From: Candidatus Latescibacterota bacterium | Lineage (GTDB): Bacteria; Krumholzibacteriota; Krumholzibacteriia; WVZY01 | DNA length: 64,000 bases | Assembly (NCBI GenBank): GCA_963791045.1 | Contig: CAWBQK010000018.1 | Location: forward strand, 1 to 64,000 | Direction of reading: 5' to 3' | In this document: piece by piece, positions 53,595 to 63,044 of the stretch | Layout: the number at the start of each line of letters is the position of its first letter | Numbering within the stretch: position 1 is the stretch's first letter | Made by a program: the position numbers and the translations under genes | The notes under the pieces: generated by a model | Told to the model about the DNA's origin: nothing | The model's input: the letters and a program-made list of their open reading frames with translations, nothing else | Databases searched by the model: none

Positions 53595-54452
53595 ATGAGG
53601 ATTGCCGTGGCAAGTGGAAAAGGGGGAACGGGGAAGACATTCGTTTCCACCAACCTCGCGAATGTGGCGAGCAAGACCGGTACCGTCGGGCTCTACGATC
53701 TTGATGTCGATGAGCCAAATTGTCATCTGTTTTTCGAACCGAAAAACGAATCGGTCGAGACGATCACGATGATGATTCCGACGGTTGACAAGGACAAGTG
53801 CACCGGGTGCGGAGTGTGCAGCGAAGTTTGCGAGTACAACGCGATCGTTTCGCTGCCGGGTGACGTGCTCGTTTTTGCTGAACTTTGTCACAGTTGCCAC
53901 GCGTGCGTGGAAATGTGTCCCGAGCACGCGTTGGAAGAGGGGGCAAAGGAAATTGGAACGGTCAGCGTTTCCCAGACGGGCTCGCTTTGTCTCGTCACCG
54001 GGCGGCTCGCGATAGGTCAGCCGGCAACGACGGCCCTGGTTCGAAAAACAAAGCAACGAGACGTTCCAAATGCCGATATCATATTGTACGACTCACCGCC
54101 GGGAACGACGTGTCCGGTTATTGAAGCGGTCAAGGATGTTGACTATGTCGTTCTCGTGGGAGAGCCCACACGTTTTGGGATCCATGATCTCGATCTGATG
54201 GTCAAGACCATTCGTCAGTTGGGACGGCCGTTTGGTGTCGTCGTAAACAAGGCTGCCGATGGTTATCCGCTCGTCGAAGAATACTGCGCCAAAAACGGAA
54301 TCGAGATCGTCCTTACGATACCGGAAATGGCCGAGATTGCCGGGGTGTACTCGCGGGGCGAACTCGTTACCGAGTCAATGCCGGTCATGGAGAATCTTTT
54401 TTTGCGGGCCCTGGAAAACATCAGCGAAGCTGTTCGGGAGGTGAAGGTATGA
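53595..54452 (+). CDS. MinD/CobQ-like P-loop ATPase with inserted 2x[4Fe-4S] ferredoxin domain
   Basis: ASGKGGTGKT, DLDVDEPN, CTGCGVC..VC, CHSCHAC...CP, DSPPGTTCP. Confidence 0.92.
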   Translation: MRIAVASGKGGTGKTFVSTNLANVASKTGTVGLYDLDVDEPNCHLFFEPKNESVETITMMIPTVDKDKCTGCGVCSEVCEYNAIVSLPGDVLVFAELCHSCHACVEMCPEHALEEGAKEIGTVSVSQTGSLCLVTGRLAIGQPATTALVRKTKQRDVPNADIILYDSPPGTTCPVIEAVKDVDYVVLVGEPTRFGIHDLDLMVKTIRQLGRPFGVVVNKAADGYPLVEEYCAKNGIEIVLTIPEMAEIAGVYSRGELVTESMPVMENLFLRALENISEAVREVKV

Positions 54453-55330
54453 ACGAGATCGTCGTAATGAGTGGAAAGGGAGGGACGGGAAAAACATCGA
54501 TTGCGGCGGCGTTGGGAGTGCTGGCCGGACGCGATGCCGTTGTCGCGGACTGCGATGTCGACGCGGCCAACATGCATCTCCTATACGCTCCCGATACGCT
54601 TCGGGTGAATGAATTCTGGAGCGGCAAGACGGCGGCGATCGACACCGACAGGTGCATGAACTGCGGGTTCTGCGAGGTGAAATGCCGCTTTGATGCAATC
54701 CACGAACGCAATGGGGCGTTCGTTGTCGATGAGGTCGATTGCGAAGGTTGCTCGCTTTGTTACTACATGTGCCCGGAGAACGCCATATCGATGACAGATA
54801 ACCATGCCGGTGACTGGTTTGTATCAAAGAGCCGATTCGGGCACTGGTTCGTCCACGCGCACCTCGGGATCGCTCAGGAAAACTCAGGAAAACTCGTCAG
54901 TCAGGTGAAAAGTGAAGCCTCACAACTCGCCGCCCGCGAGCGGATTCCGTTTGTCATCATCGATGGCCCTCCGGGAATAGGTTGCCCGGCTATCGCTTCG
55001 GTTTCGGGCGCCGCCCATGTTCTTGTGGTGACCGAGGCCACTCAATCCGGTCTGCACGACCTCGAACGGCTGATCGATCTCATCGAGTACTTCAAAACAA
55101 GCGCGTCGTGCGTGGTAAACAAATTCGATGTCAATCCGGAGGTAGGGGAGAAGATCGCCGACCTTTGCCGGAAGCGTGGGGTCGATGTAATTGCGACGAT
55201 TCCCTACGACCCGATATTCAACGACGCGCTACGCGACGGAAAAACTCTGGTCGAAACCAAAGACCTGGCAATTACACAAAAGATCGAGGATATCTGGAAT
55301 CATTTGAAAAAGACGGGAGGTTCGGTATGA
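54449..55330 (+). CDS. Second MinD/CobQ-like P-loop ATPase with 4Fe-4S domain
   Basis: SGKGGTGKT, DCDVDAAN, CMNCGFC..KC, CEGCSLC...CP, ENSGKLV, DGPPGIGCP; ATGA overlap with the previous gene. Confidence 0.92.
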   Translation: MNEIVVMSGKGGTGKTSIAAALGVLAGRDAVVADCDVDAANMHLLYAPDTLRVNEFWSGKTAAIDTDRCMNCGFCEVKCRFDAIHERNGAFVVDEVDCEGCSLCYYMCPENAISMTDNHAGDWFVSKSRFGHWFVHAHLGIAQENSGKLVSQVKSEASQLAARERIPFVIIDGPPGIGCPAIASVSGAAHVLVVTEATQSGLHDLERLIDLIEYFKTSASCVVNKFDVNPEVGEKIADLCRKRGVDVIATIPYDPIFNDALRDGKTLVETKDLAITQKIEDIWNHLKKTGGSV

Positions 55331-55668
55331 AGATAGCGATCACGGCAACCGGCAATGGCTGGACTGAGACCATGGATGAGAGGTTCGGAAGAGCGAAGGG
55401 TTTTTTTGTGTGTGACACGGAAAACGATGAAACCTCGTACATCGACAATCTCAAGAATGTTAATGCCGGTCATGGCGCCGGGACGAGCACCGCACAGGCG
55501 GTTGTCGATTCGGGAGTGAAAGTCGTCATTTCGGGAAGGGTTGGACCCAAGGCGGGGTCGGTGTTGAAGGCGGGTGGTGTGAAGGTTTTTGTCTGTGGAG
55601 ATTCCCCGACAATAAAGGACGCTTTCGAGCGTTTTCGGGACGGGAAACTCCAGGAAGCAAGTGAGTAG
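55327..55668 (+). CDS. NifB/NifX-family (dinitrogenase FeMo-cofactor-binding-like) protein
   Basis: MKIAITA, RFGRA..F, GHGAG, SGRVGPKA; ATGA overlap. Confidence 0.9.
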   Translation: MKIAITATGNGWTETMDERFGRAKGFFVCDTENDETSYIDNLKNVNAGHGAGTSTAQAVVDSGVKVVISGRVGPKAGSVLKAGGVKVFVCGDSPTIKDAFERFRDGKLQEASE

Positions 55669-55691
55669 TCCAGAAATGGAAGGAGGCAGTC

Positions 55692-56021
55692 ATGCCAGGC
55701 GGAGATAGAACAGGACCGCAATCGCAAGGTCCGAAGACAGGCAGAGGACTTGGATATTGCACCGGAAGCGATCAACCGGGATACGCCAATCCGGGGATCG
55801 GTGGTCGTGGATTCGGCCGTGGGTTGGGCGGCGGATTTGGCAGGGGCCGAGGACGCTGGTTTGGGCGTGGATTGAGACAAGGGTTCGAACCATTGCCGAT
55901 GTCTGCGACCGAAGCCGCACGTACCGATGAATCTAAGTTAGCGAACATGCAGGCGGAGATTGCAGATCTCAAGACAAAGATCGAGAAGCTGCTCAATCGG
56001 ATTGAGTCCGAAGGGAATTGA
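55692..56021 (+). CDS. DUF5320 family protein (RGG-rich, C-terminal coiled coil)
   Basis: MPGGDRTGP..QGPKTGRGLGYC, GRGFGRG repeats. Confidence 0.88.
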   Translation: MPGGDRTGPQSQGPKTGRGLGYCTGSDQPGYANPGIGGRGFGRGLGGGFGRGRGRWFGRGLRQGFEPLPMSATEAARTDESKLANMQAEIADLKTKIEKLLNRIESEGN

Positions 56022-56092
56022 TCGAAGCGGGGGCGACGTGATTCGATGACGCGCCGATCGCCGAAATTCCAAATCTGAACGGAGGAGAGGAC

Positions 56093-56464
56093 ATGCGGAT
56101 CGCCGTTGCATCGGACGATGGCAAAACCGTGGCGCTGCATTTCGGTAAAACGCGCGGGTTTCTTGTATTTGAGGTTGATGGAGGCGAAATCCGGAGCCGC
56201 GAATACATCTTGAACACGTTTACCGGTCACGCGAGGGGAATGCGTGGGGTGGATCAATCCGCCGATCGTCACGGCCCAATCCTGTCCGCGTTGTCAGGCT
56301 GTGAAGCGGTTATCTCGCTCGGAATGGGTAAGAGTCTCTACGAAGATCTCAGGAGCGCGGGAATAATCGCCTATGTGGTAAACGAGACCGATGCGGATGC
56401 AGCGTTAAGTTTGTATTTGCGAAACGCGCTTACCGATCATCCGGAAAAAGGATGCGATCACTGA
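56093..56464 (+). CDS. NifB/NifX-family protein
   Basis: MRIAVASDDG, HFGKTRGF, GCEAVISLGMG, C-terminal CDH. Confidence 0.88.
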   Translation: MRIAVASDDGKTVALHFGKTRGFLVFEVDGGEIRSREYILNTFTGHARGMRGVDQSADRHGPILSALSGCEAVISLGMGKSLYEDLRSAGIIAYVVNETDADAALSLYLRNALTDHPEKGCDH

Positions 56465-56490
56465 ACGACACGTAAAGTTGGAGGTTTGAA

Positions 56491-56694
56491 ATGAGCGATG
56501 AAACATGTGGTGGTTTCGAAGAGGGAGGGCACTGTGTGTGCCCAAGGTGCTCACACCAGATCGATCATGGTCGTGGAATCCCGTGTCAGGAAGAGAACTG
56601 TCCGGTGTGCGGCACAAAAATGCTGGGTGAGGGGGTAGGTCCCCAGGACCATTTGCTCGACGTATTGAAAGAAAAACCCAAAAAGGATAACTGA
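56491..56694 (+). CDS. Small Cys-rich (zinc-ribbon/rubredoxin-like) protein
   Basis: SD GGAGG; CVCPRC..H.RGIPC...CPVCGTKM. Confidence 0.8.
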   Translation: MSDETCGGFEEGGHCVCPRCSHQIDHGRGIPCQEENCPVCGTKMLGEGVGPQDHLLDVLKEKPKKDN

Positions 56695-56723
56695 TCCGGG
56701 GATCGGTAGAGACAGGAGGCAAG

Positions 56724-58577
56724 TTATCCAATGTCGGAAAGCCGCTCATCGAATTCATGGGCGGCTTTCTCATAGGCTTTCGTCGCTTTTTCGAGATTCT
56801 CGAAAGCCGCGTCGATATCCTTCGTGAGTTCCTCGTGTCGCCGTGAGTGAGTGCCGATCGCCTCGCCGTCGCCTGCGACGGAGGCCGATTCGAGTTTCGC
56901 GAGGACGTCCGCTGCTTCCGCTTCGAGTGTCTCGATGCGTTGTTCCAGTTCTTTGACTGTTTTCTCGATCGGGCCGACGGCCCGAGATCGCTCCTGGACG
57001 ATCTGGGCACGCGCCTGACGGAGGGACTTCTTGCCAATCGTGGGCGCGGACCGTTTGTCGTCGGCCGACGAGTCCTTCTGACGCAGCGTTTCATCGAGTT
57101 CCCACCCGATCTTGTCCAGAAAATCCTGGTAGCTTCCCGCGAAATTAATTATCCGTCCGCGGTCGAACACGATAAACCGATCGGCGAGCGACCGGAGAAA
57201 CATCTCGTTATGCGTAACGATAGCGACGGCGCCTTCGAACGCATCGATGGCGGCGAGAAGGGAATCACACGAATCGATGTCGAGATGATTCGTGGGCTCG
57301 TCGAGAAGCAACAGGTTGCACGGCGATGCGAGCAATTTGCCGAGCATCACTCTGCTTTTCTCACCGCCGGAGAGGACCGATATCAGTTTAAGCGCATGAT
57401 CATCTTCGAACATCATTGCCCCGGCGATATCACGAGCCGCTTGTCCGACGCAGCCGGCGTTGGCGAGTGTGATTTCGTCGACAACGGAATTGGATGGATG
57501 CAGCGTATGGACATTTGTTTGCGCGAAGAATCCCGTTCGCAAACGCGGGTGACGTGATATCGTACCGCGTTTCGGCGTCAGATCTCCGGCAAGGAGCCGC
57601 AGCAGTGTTGACTTGCCTTTCCCGTTCTGCCCCATAATACAGATGCGGTCGCCATGACCGATTTCCAGTTCGAAGCCTTGTATGATGGGCTTGTCCTCAT
57701 CGTACGAGAACGCGAGCTTCTCGGTTTTCATGAGCACCTTGGCGGGAAAAGGCGCGCTGTTGAAAGAAAACGCGAGCGTCTTGATCTTGTCGAGTTTGTC
57801 CATCGGTTTGTGCTTGGCCAGCATTTTGACTCGCGACTGCACGAGAGATGCCACTTTCTTCTGTGCCCGGAACTGAACGATGAAACGCTCGACTTCTTTG
57901 CGTTTCTTCTCGTCGTTTGTTCTGGTTTTTTCGTAGACCTCTTCTTCCCTGAGGATCTGGTCGTAGAGTTTTCGAGTGCCCCCTTCCATTTTGCGCGCTC
58001 TTTGCCGGTGGATCGCAACGGTGTGTGTCACCACGCTGTCCATAAACGAGCGATCGTGTGTGATAAGGAGAAGCTCCGAACGCCAATCACGAAGAAAGCG
58101 AGCCAACCACCGAATCGAAACAATATCGAGATAGTTCGTTGGCTCGTCAAGGAGAAGAAGGTCCGGCTCGGAAATCAACGCCTTGGCGAGATTGAGTCGC
58201 ACCTGGAACCCACCCGAGAACACTTCCGGAGGCCTCTCCATGTCCTCTGCAGTGAAACCGAGGCCGAAGAGGATTTTCTCCGCTTTCCACGCGTGGTCCT
58301 TGTACTCCCTTGGGAGGGCCTGGCGGGCTTCACCGATGACGGTGTCTTGCATAAAATGAATGGACTGGTCGAGGTGGCCGATCCGGTATTTCTTGGGAAT
58401 GATAATCGTTCCCGCGTCGGGTTCCAACTCGCTGAGAATCATGCGAAAGAGGGTGCTCTTACCGTGGCCGTTGCGTCCGACAAGGCCGACGCGTTCGCGT
58501 TTGCCCACGTCGAACGTCAACTCTTTGAAGAGAAGTTGATCGCCGAAGGATTTTGAAAGACCGGAAATCTTTATCAT
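56724..58577 (-). CDS. ABC-F family ATPase
   Basis: Two ABC domains (GRNGHGKST; GQNGKGKST; LLLDEPTN twice), no TM segments, C-terminal coiled coil. Confidence 0.95.
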   Translation of the reverse strand: MIKISGLSKSFGDQLLFKELTFDVGKRERVGLVGRNGHGKSTLFRMILSELEPDAGTIIIPKKYRIGHLDQSIHFMQDTVIGEARQALPREYKDHAWKAEKILFGLGFTAEDMERPPEVFSGGFQVRLNLAKALISEPDLLLLDEPTNYLDIVSIRWLARFLRDWRSELLLITHDRSFMDSVVTHTVAIHRQRARKMEGGTRKLYDQILREEEVYEKTRTNDEKKRKEVERFIVQFRAQKKVASLVQSRVKMLAKHKPMDKLDKIKTLAFSFNSAPFPAKVLMKTEKLAFSYDEDKPIIQGFELEIGHGDRICIMGQNGKGKSTLLRLLAGDLTPKRGTISRHPRLRTGFFAQTNVHTLHPSNSVVDEITLANAGCVGQAARDIAGAMMFEDDHALKLISVLSGGEKSRVMLGKLLASPCNLLLLDEPTNHLDIDSCDSLLAAIDAFEGAVAIVTHNEMFLRSLADRFIVFDRGRIINFAGSYQDFLDKIGWELDETLRQKDSSADDKRSAPTIGKKSLRQARAQIVQERSRAVGPIEKTVKELEQRIETLEAEAADVLAKLESASVAGDGEAIGTHSRRHEELTKDIDAAFENLEKATKAYEKAAHEFDERLSDIG

Positions 58578-58764
58578 GTCGAATCTTGTCGCGGGGTTCG
58601 CTTTTTATTAACGTTCATTTCGCATTAAAAGTTCGGGTGTCCGAATTTAGTAATTATAACACGAGGCATGGTCCGGCGCCAAATTCGTATACATCGCGAT
58701 CAAAGTCTGTATAATTAATCGCCTCGATGTGATGTCACGTTGATTTGCATGAACAGGAGGGCTC

Positions 58765-60120
58765 ATGGTTAACAGACTTCTGATATTCCTCGTGTTGGGG
58801 GCCGTCGCGCTCGCCGCATGGGGTGGTGTCGCCGGGGCGGCCGACACTCCAGAAAAGGGCGCCGGGGCGATGGCCGCCGATGAAGCCTACAACAAGGCGA
58901 TGACGGCGAGGCGTGCCGTCGAACCTATCGAAGAGAGACTTGCCATTACCAAGAAGTTTCTCGATGATTATCCCGAGAGTAGCCATACGGCGAACGCGAT
59001 AAGTGCGGTCGTCTATTACCAGGGAAACGCGCTGGATGATATGGACGGCGCTATCGCATATGCCGAAGCCATCCGTGCGAAGATTACGGATCCCGACGTT
59101 GCCGACGCATTGGATAAAGAGCTGATGGTCGTTTATGGCGAGGCGGGCAAGATGGACAAGATGCTCGCGATTGCCAACACGATGGAGGCCGGCGATAAGC
59201 TCAAATTCAATGACTACTGGAGCATTATCGAAAGCGGTATGCAGGCCGAGGAATGGAAGCTGGTCAGAGACTACTGCGTTAAGGCAAAGGGCATGGCCAA
59301 CGCCGAGACGTTCAAATCCGACTGGCCCGACAACGACGTGAGCGGCGAAGAGCTCAAGGTAGCGGGAGACAACCGCACCGGCATGCTGATGATCGCCGAC
59401 GGTTGGGCGCGCGCGAACCAGGGGGAGACCGACGAGGCTCTCGCCGATTTCGCCGCGGCCGACAAACTTGTGCGGCGTTCGATGTTCGATCGCCCCGAGT
59501 ACAATCTCAACACGTACTGGGCCAAGACATCGCTGATGAAGGGCGACTACCAGGCGGCGATCGACCGTTGTGCGATCGATGCCCTCGTTATGAAAAACAA
59601 GGACGCCCTTGCCGGTTTGAAGACGGCATACGCCGGACTCAACGGTAGTGAAGACGGGTTCGATGCGTACACCAAAGATCTGCACAAGAAGATTGCCCCA
59701 CCGGTGGAAGACTTCGAGCTGGCAGATTACGACGGAAAATCGCACAAGTACGGAGATCTAAAAGGGCAGGTGACACTACTCGCTTTCTGGTTCCCCACCT
59801 GAGGCGGCTGCCGCGTGGAGTTACCACGCCTCGAGCCCCTCTGGCAGAAATACGGAGACAAAGGTTTCTCGGTCATCGCCGTTGAGATCGCACGCGATCG
59901 CGAACGGGCGACCAAGTTCATCGATGAGAACAAACTTACGTACCACCTTCTCGAAGACAACGAGAACGAAGCCGTCGTGCGCGAGCAGTTTGGTGTTGGA
60001 GTATTCCCGACGTCGTTCATGATCGACAAAGAAGGTAAGATCATGTACTGCCACATCGGTTTTGACAAAGGCGACGAGGAAAAACTCGAGAAGGAAATCC
60101 TGGAACTCGGCGGATTTTAG
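58765..60120 (+). CDS. Exported TlpA/redoxin-domain selenoprotein (UxxC) with helical TPR-like N-terminal region; 451 aa with Sec at codon 346
   Basis: LLAFWFPT-TGA-GGC-GGC-TGC-CGC-GTG-GAG = T-U-G-G-C-R-V-E-L-P, in frame with ORF 59815-60120 (cis-Pro motif VFPT). A hairpin lies just 3' of the UGA. Confidence 0.9.
59803..59837 (+). promoter_or_regulatory. Putative bacterial SECIS element
   Basis: GCGTGG-AGTTA-CCACGC (59813-59829) starts 10 nt after the TGA (59800-59802); lower pairing GGCT/AGCC. Confidence 0.7.
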
Positions 60121-60333
60121 GCTTTCCTGGTTGCAGAGAGATTTGAAAATGACGAAGCGGCCGGCGCGAAATCGCCGGTCGTTTCGCGTTTTGAGCGAGT
60201 TTTCGACGGCCCCAAACAATACTTGAATTAATCGGGGTTAAGCGATAAAGTGGCTCGGATATCCACGGCATTACGGCACACACCGGCCCGCCCGGGTCGG
60301 GGGAGGTTTTTTTCAGAAAGGGAGGTATGCCTG

Positions 60334-61584
60334 GTGGAGAAACGTACTGCATCTTTTATCACTACACTTCGTTGTCAGAACCGAACCGGAAACATCATTG
60401 TGATGATCGCGTTTGTTTGCGCGATTGCCGCGGCGTTTGTGACGGTTCCCGGCGAAGCAAGGGCGGACGAGGCGCTGAAGTTCAAGGTCTATGGGTTTTT
60501 GCGGTTTGACATTATGTCGAGCGATTCGCGAATGAATAACAACCTGGTGCCCATGTGGGTGTTGAACGAGTACACGCCCGATGCGATTAAGGACGATGCG
60601 AGCCTTGCCTATCATCCGCGTCTGACGCGGGTCGGTATGAAGTTCCAGGGTCATCCGCTTAGCGACAAATGGTCGCTCGACGGTGGGGTGGAGATTGACT
60701 TCCAGGTTTTTGACGCGGGCAGTGAGTCGCGGCAGGTGCCGCGAATGCGGCTTGGATTCATGCGGCTCAATTACAATGATCTTCATATTCTCGCCGGCCA
60801 GCATTGGGACGTCATATCGACGCTGTATCCAAACGTCAACCTCAACGGTGTCAACTGGAACGCCGGTAACACCGGTGACCGCCGGCCGCAACTTCGAGTG
60901 ACATTCTCGCCCGAGGTTGGGAACGGAAACATCAGGCTTACAGGAGCGTTGACGGAAGCGGGCGCCGTAAACATGTCGGATGTCGACAAGAACGGCGTGC
61001 CCGATGGGATCGACAGTTCGGTTCCCATGCTTCAGGGTTGGTTTGGAACCGAACAGAATATGGGAGAAAATGGGAGTATCAAAGCGGGTGTGTGGGGTCA
61101 CTACTGGGAAGAGAAAGACCTGCGCATTCCTCCCACTGTTCCTGAAATCGGAGACACGACGCTTGCAGATCTTACGTCGTGGAGTGTTGGAATCGATTTG
61201 AGAGTCCAGGCTGTTGAGTGGCTGATGTTCCAAGGCGAAGCCTGGACCGGCGAAACTCTCGGCGATATCCGAGGTGGCATCGGACAGACGATCAACGCTG
61301 ATGGCGAGGCGATTGGCGCCACCGGTGGATGGGTCGAGGCCGACATATCTCTGGGCGAGAAATTCGTACTCATCGGCGGATACACAATGGACGATGTCAA
61401 AGATGACGATATATCGGACGGGATGCGGGCGAAGAACCAGGCTCCTTACGGTGCTCTCCGCTGGAAGCCTTTCAAGAAACTGATGTTGTCGTGTGAGTAT
61501 ATCCGCTTCGAGACGACATACAAGAGTTACGAAGAGACATCGGTCAACAACCATATTGACCTCAATATGATGTACTTCTTTTAG
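60334..61584 (+). CDS. Outer-membrane porin (DcaP-like)
   Basis: KVYGFLRFD, TRVG, VEIDF, RMRLGF, GQHWD, RRPQLR, terminal YFF. Start inferred from SD GGGAGG. Confidence 0.75.
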   Translation: MEKRTASFITTLRCQNRTGNIIVMIAFVCAIAAAFVTVPGEARADEALKFKVYGFLRFDIMSSDSRMNNNLVPMWVLNEYTPDAIKDDASLAYHPRLTRVGMKFQGHPLSDKWSLDGGVEIDFQVFDAGSESRQVPRMRLGFMRLNYNDLHILAGQHWDVISTLYPNVNLNGVNWNAGNTGDRRPQLRVTFSPEVGNGNIRLTGALTEAGAVNMSDVDKNGVPDGIDSSVPMLQGWFGTEQNMGENGSIKAGVWGHYWEEKDLRIPPTVPEIGDTTLADLTSWSVGIDLRVQAVEWLMFQGEAWTGETLGDIRGGIGQTINADGEAIGATGGWVEADISLGEKFVLIGGYTMDDVKDDDISDGMRAKNQAPYGALRWKPFKKLMLSCEYIRFETTYKSYEETSVNNHIDLNMMYFF

Positions 61585-61618
61585 TCTATCGCGTAACTTG
61601 TTGTCATAATGCAAGAAA

Positions 61619-61655
61619 TGACGGCCGCCCCCGCAAGGGGCGGCCGTCGTCATTT
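61619..61655. terminator. Terminator hairpin between convergent genes
   Basis: GACGGCCGCCCC-CGCAA-GGGGCGGCCGTC. Confidence 0.7.
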
Positions 61656-61713
61656 ATGCTCCGGGCGCTATCAGAACGGTCGGCGCCGATGTACGGAAGG
61701 GGTGGTCGGCGGC

Positions 61714-62745
61714 CTATTTTTCGCGGACGACGATCGATCCGTCGTTACCCATAATGCGGACCAGCGGTCCGCCGTTGTTGATCGAACCGCGGAGGGCGTG
61801 ATCTGACACGCGGCCGTCAATATTCAGTTTTGCGCGAATTCTGACATCGCCGCCGCCGAGGTCGAGATCGAACCCGGTACCCTTCGGCAGAGTGAGCGAC
61901 ACGTCACCGTCGTCGACATCGATGTCGGCCTCCATGGCTTCGAGGAGCGACACGTCGACGTCTCCGTCCGAGCAATTGATTTCAACCCGTTCACCGGACA
62001 CTGCGACCTCGAGATCTCCGTCTGCCGTTCTTATTTTCGTGATGGCGGACTCGACACGAGAGGCGAGAATGTCTCCATCCTCTGTAAGGATGTCGGCGCG
62101 TTTCGCTTTGAGATTATCGATCTCGATGTCGCCGTCCTCGGTTTCAACCAGGACTTCTTTGCCCCGAAGGGATTCCGCTTCGACATCGCCGTCCTCGGTG
62201 CGTATCTCGATCGAGGCGCCTTCGATCTCAACAATCTCGATATCGCCGTCTTCTGTGATCACCGAGGCGTTGCCTGACACTTTGTCGATTCGGATGTCAC
62301 CGTCTTCTGTGTCTATGTCAATATTGGTGTCACCGGGGATGGTAACGACGACCCACACGCGGGGGTGGCGAGTTCCAAACCAGGTCTTCCAACCTTCATG
62401 CTTGGCGTCGCGGCTGCTGATCTCCAGTGTGCCGCCATCAAGCCGGGCCTCGAATCGCATTCGATCGAAATAATCGCGGGTGTCATCGCGATCGTCTCCG
62501 GAAACGTAGACCACGACGCTCGCGTTTCCGCCATTTTTTGTTTCCAGGATGACGTCCATGTCCGCTACGTCGACGAGGAGATTCCCGCCTTTGCCAAGCG
62601 CGAACTCTTCTTCAAATACGATGTCTTTGGCGTGTTTGCTCGATTGTGATTTCTTGGCGGATTCTCCTGAAACGGATGTGGCGGCGAAGATGGCGATCAT
62701 CGCGATACACACCGACAACCGGCATCCCGGCAGGGAGCGTCTCAT
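61714..62745 (-). CDS. DUF4097 family beta-strand repeat protein
   Basis: Signal peptide; tandem 'TEDGDI' repeats; SD AGGAGG before MRRSLPG. Confidence 0.85.
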   Translation of the reverse strand: MRRSLPGCRLSVCIAMIAIFAATSVSGESAKKSQSSKHAKDIVFEEEFALGKGGNLLVDVADMDVILETKNGGNASVVVYVSGDDRDDTRDYFDRMRFEARLDGGTLEISSRDAKHEGWKTWFGTRHPRVWVVVTIPGDTNIDIDTEDGDIRIDKVSGNASVITEDGDIEIVEIEGASIEIRTEDGDVEAESLRGKEVLVETEDGDIEIDNLKAKRADILTEDGDILASRVESAITKIRTADGDLEVAVSGERVEINCSDGDVDVSLLEAMEADIDVDDGDVSLTLPKGTGFDLDLGGGDVRIRAKLNIDGRVSDHALRGSINNGGPLVRIMGNDGSIVVREK

Positions 62746-63044
62746 AGTTACCTCCTGGGCAGACTCGAATCGTGACAAGGGTTTGGAGCGAGGGCGGTCA
62801 GCGTACACCAGTATCCAGGCTCCCCCGGGACGGGTTCTTATTGTTTTAGACGGGAGAATCGCCGAAAAAGTTGCAAAAAAGACGAATACGTCGTGAGAAA
62901 TCAGCTTGACCGGCGTGGACGGCGTGATTAGGTTGAAATCGGTATTAGCAGGTCGAAAACAGCATAAATGGAAAGAGTCAACAGGGACTTGGCGATAACC
63001 AGGCCCCTTTTTGTTGGATAACGGGATAGAACGGAAACGCCAGT

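Noticed and set aside
55327-56464. Nitrogen fixation genes
   Set aside because: Only small NifX-like domains are present, with no nifH, nifD or nifK; these domains are common in non-diazotrophs.
60313-61653. Long antisense ORFs (this one, 8860-9792, 26993-27979, 33916-34965, 35047-36159, 58735-59745)
   Set aside because: They are shadows of well-supported genes on the opposite strand in GC-rich DNA and carry no recognisable motifs.
61890-62330. Tandem DNA repeats or CRISPR-like periodicity
   Set aside because: These encode the TEDGDI protein repeats of DUF4097; there are no identical repeats with unique spacers.
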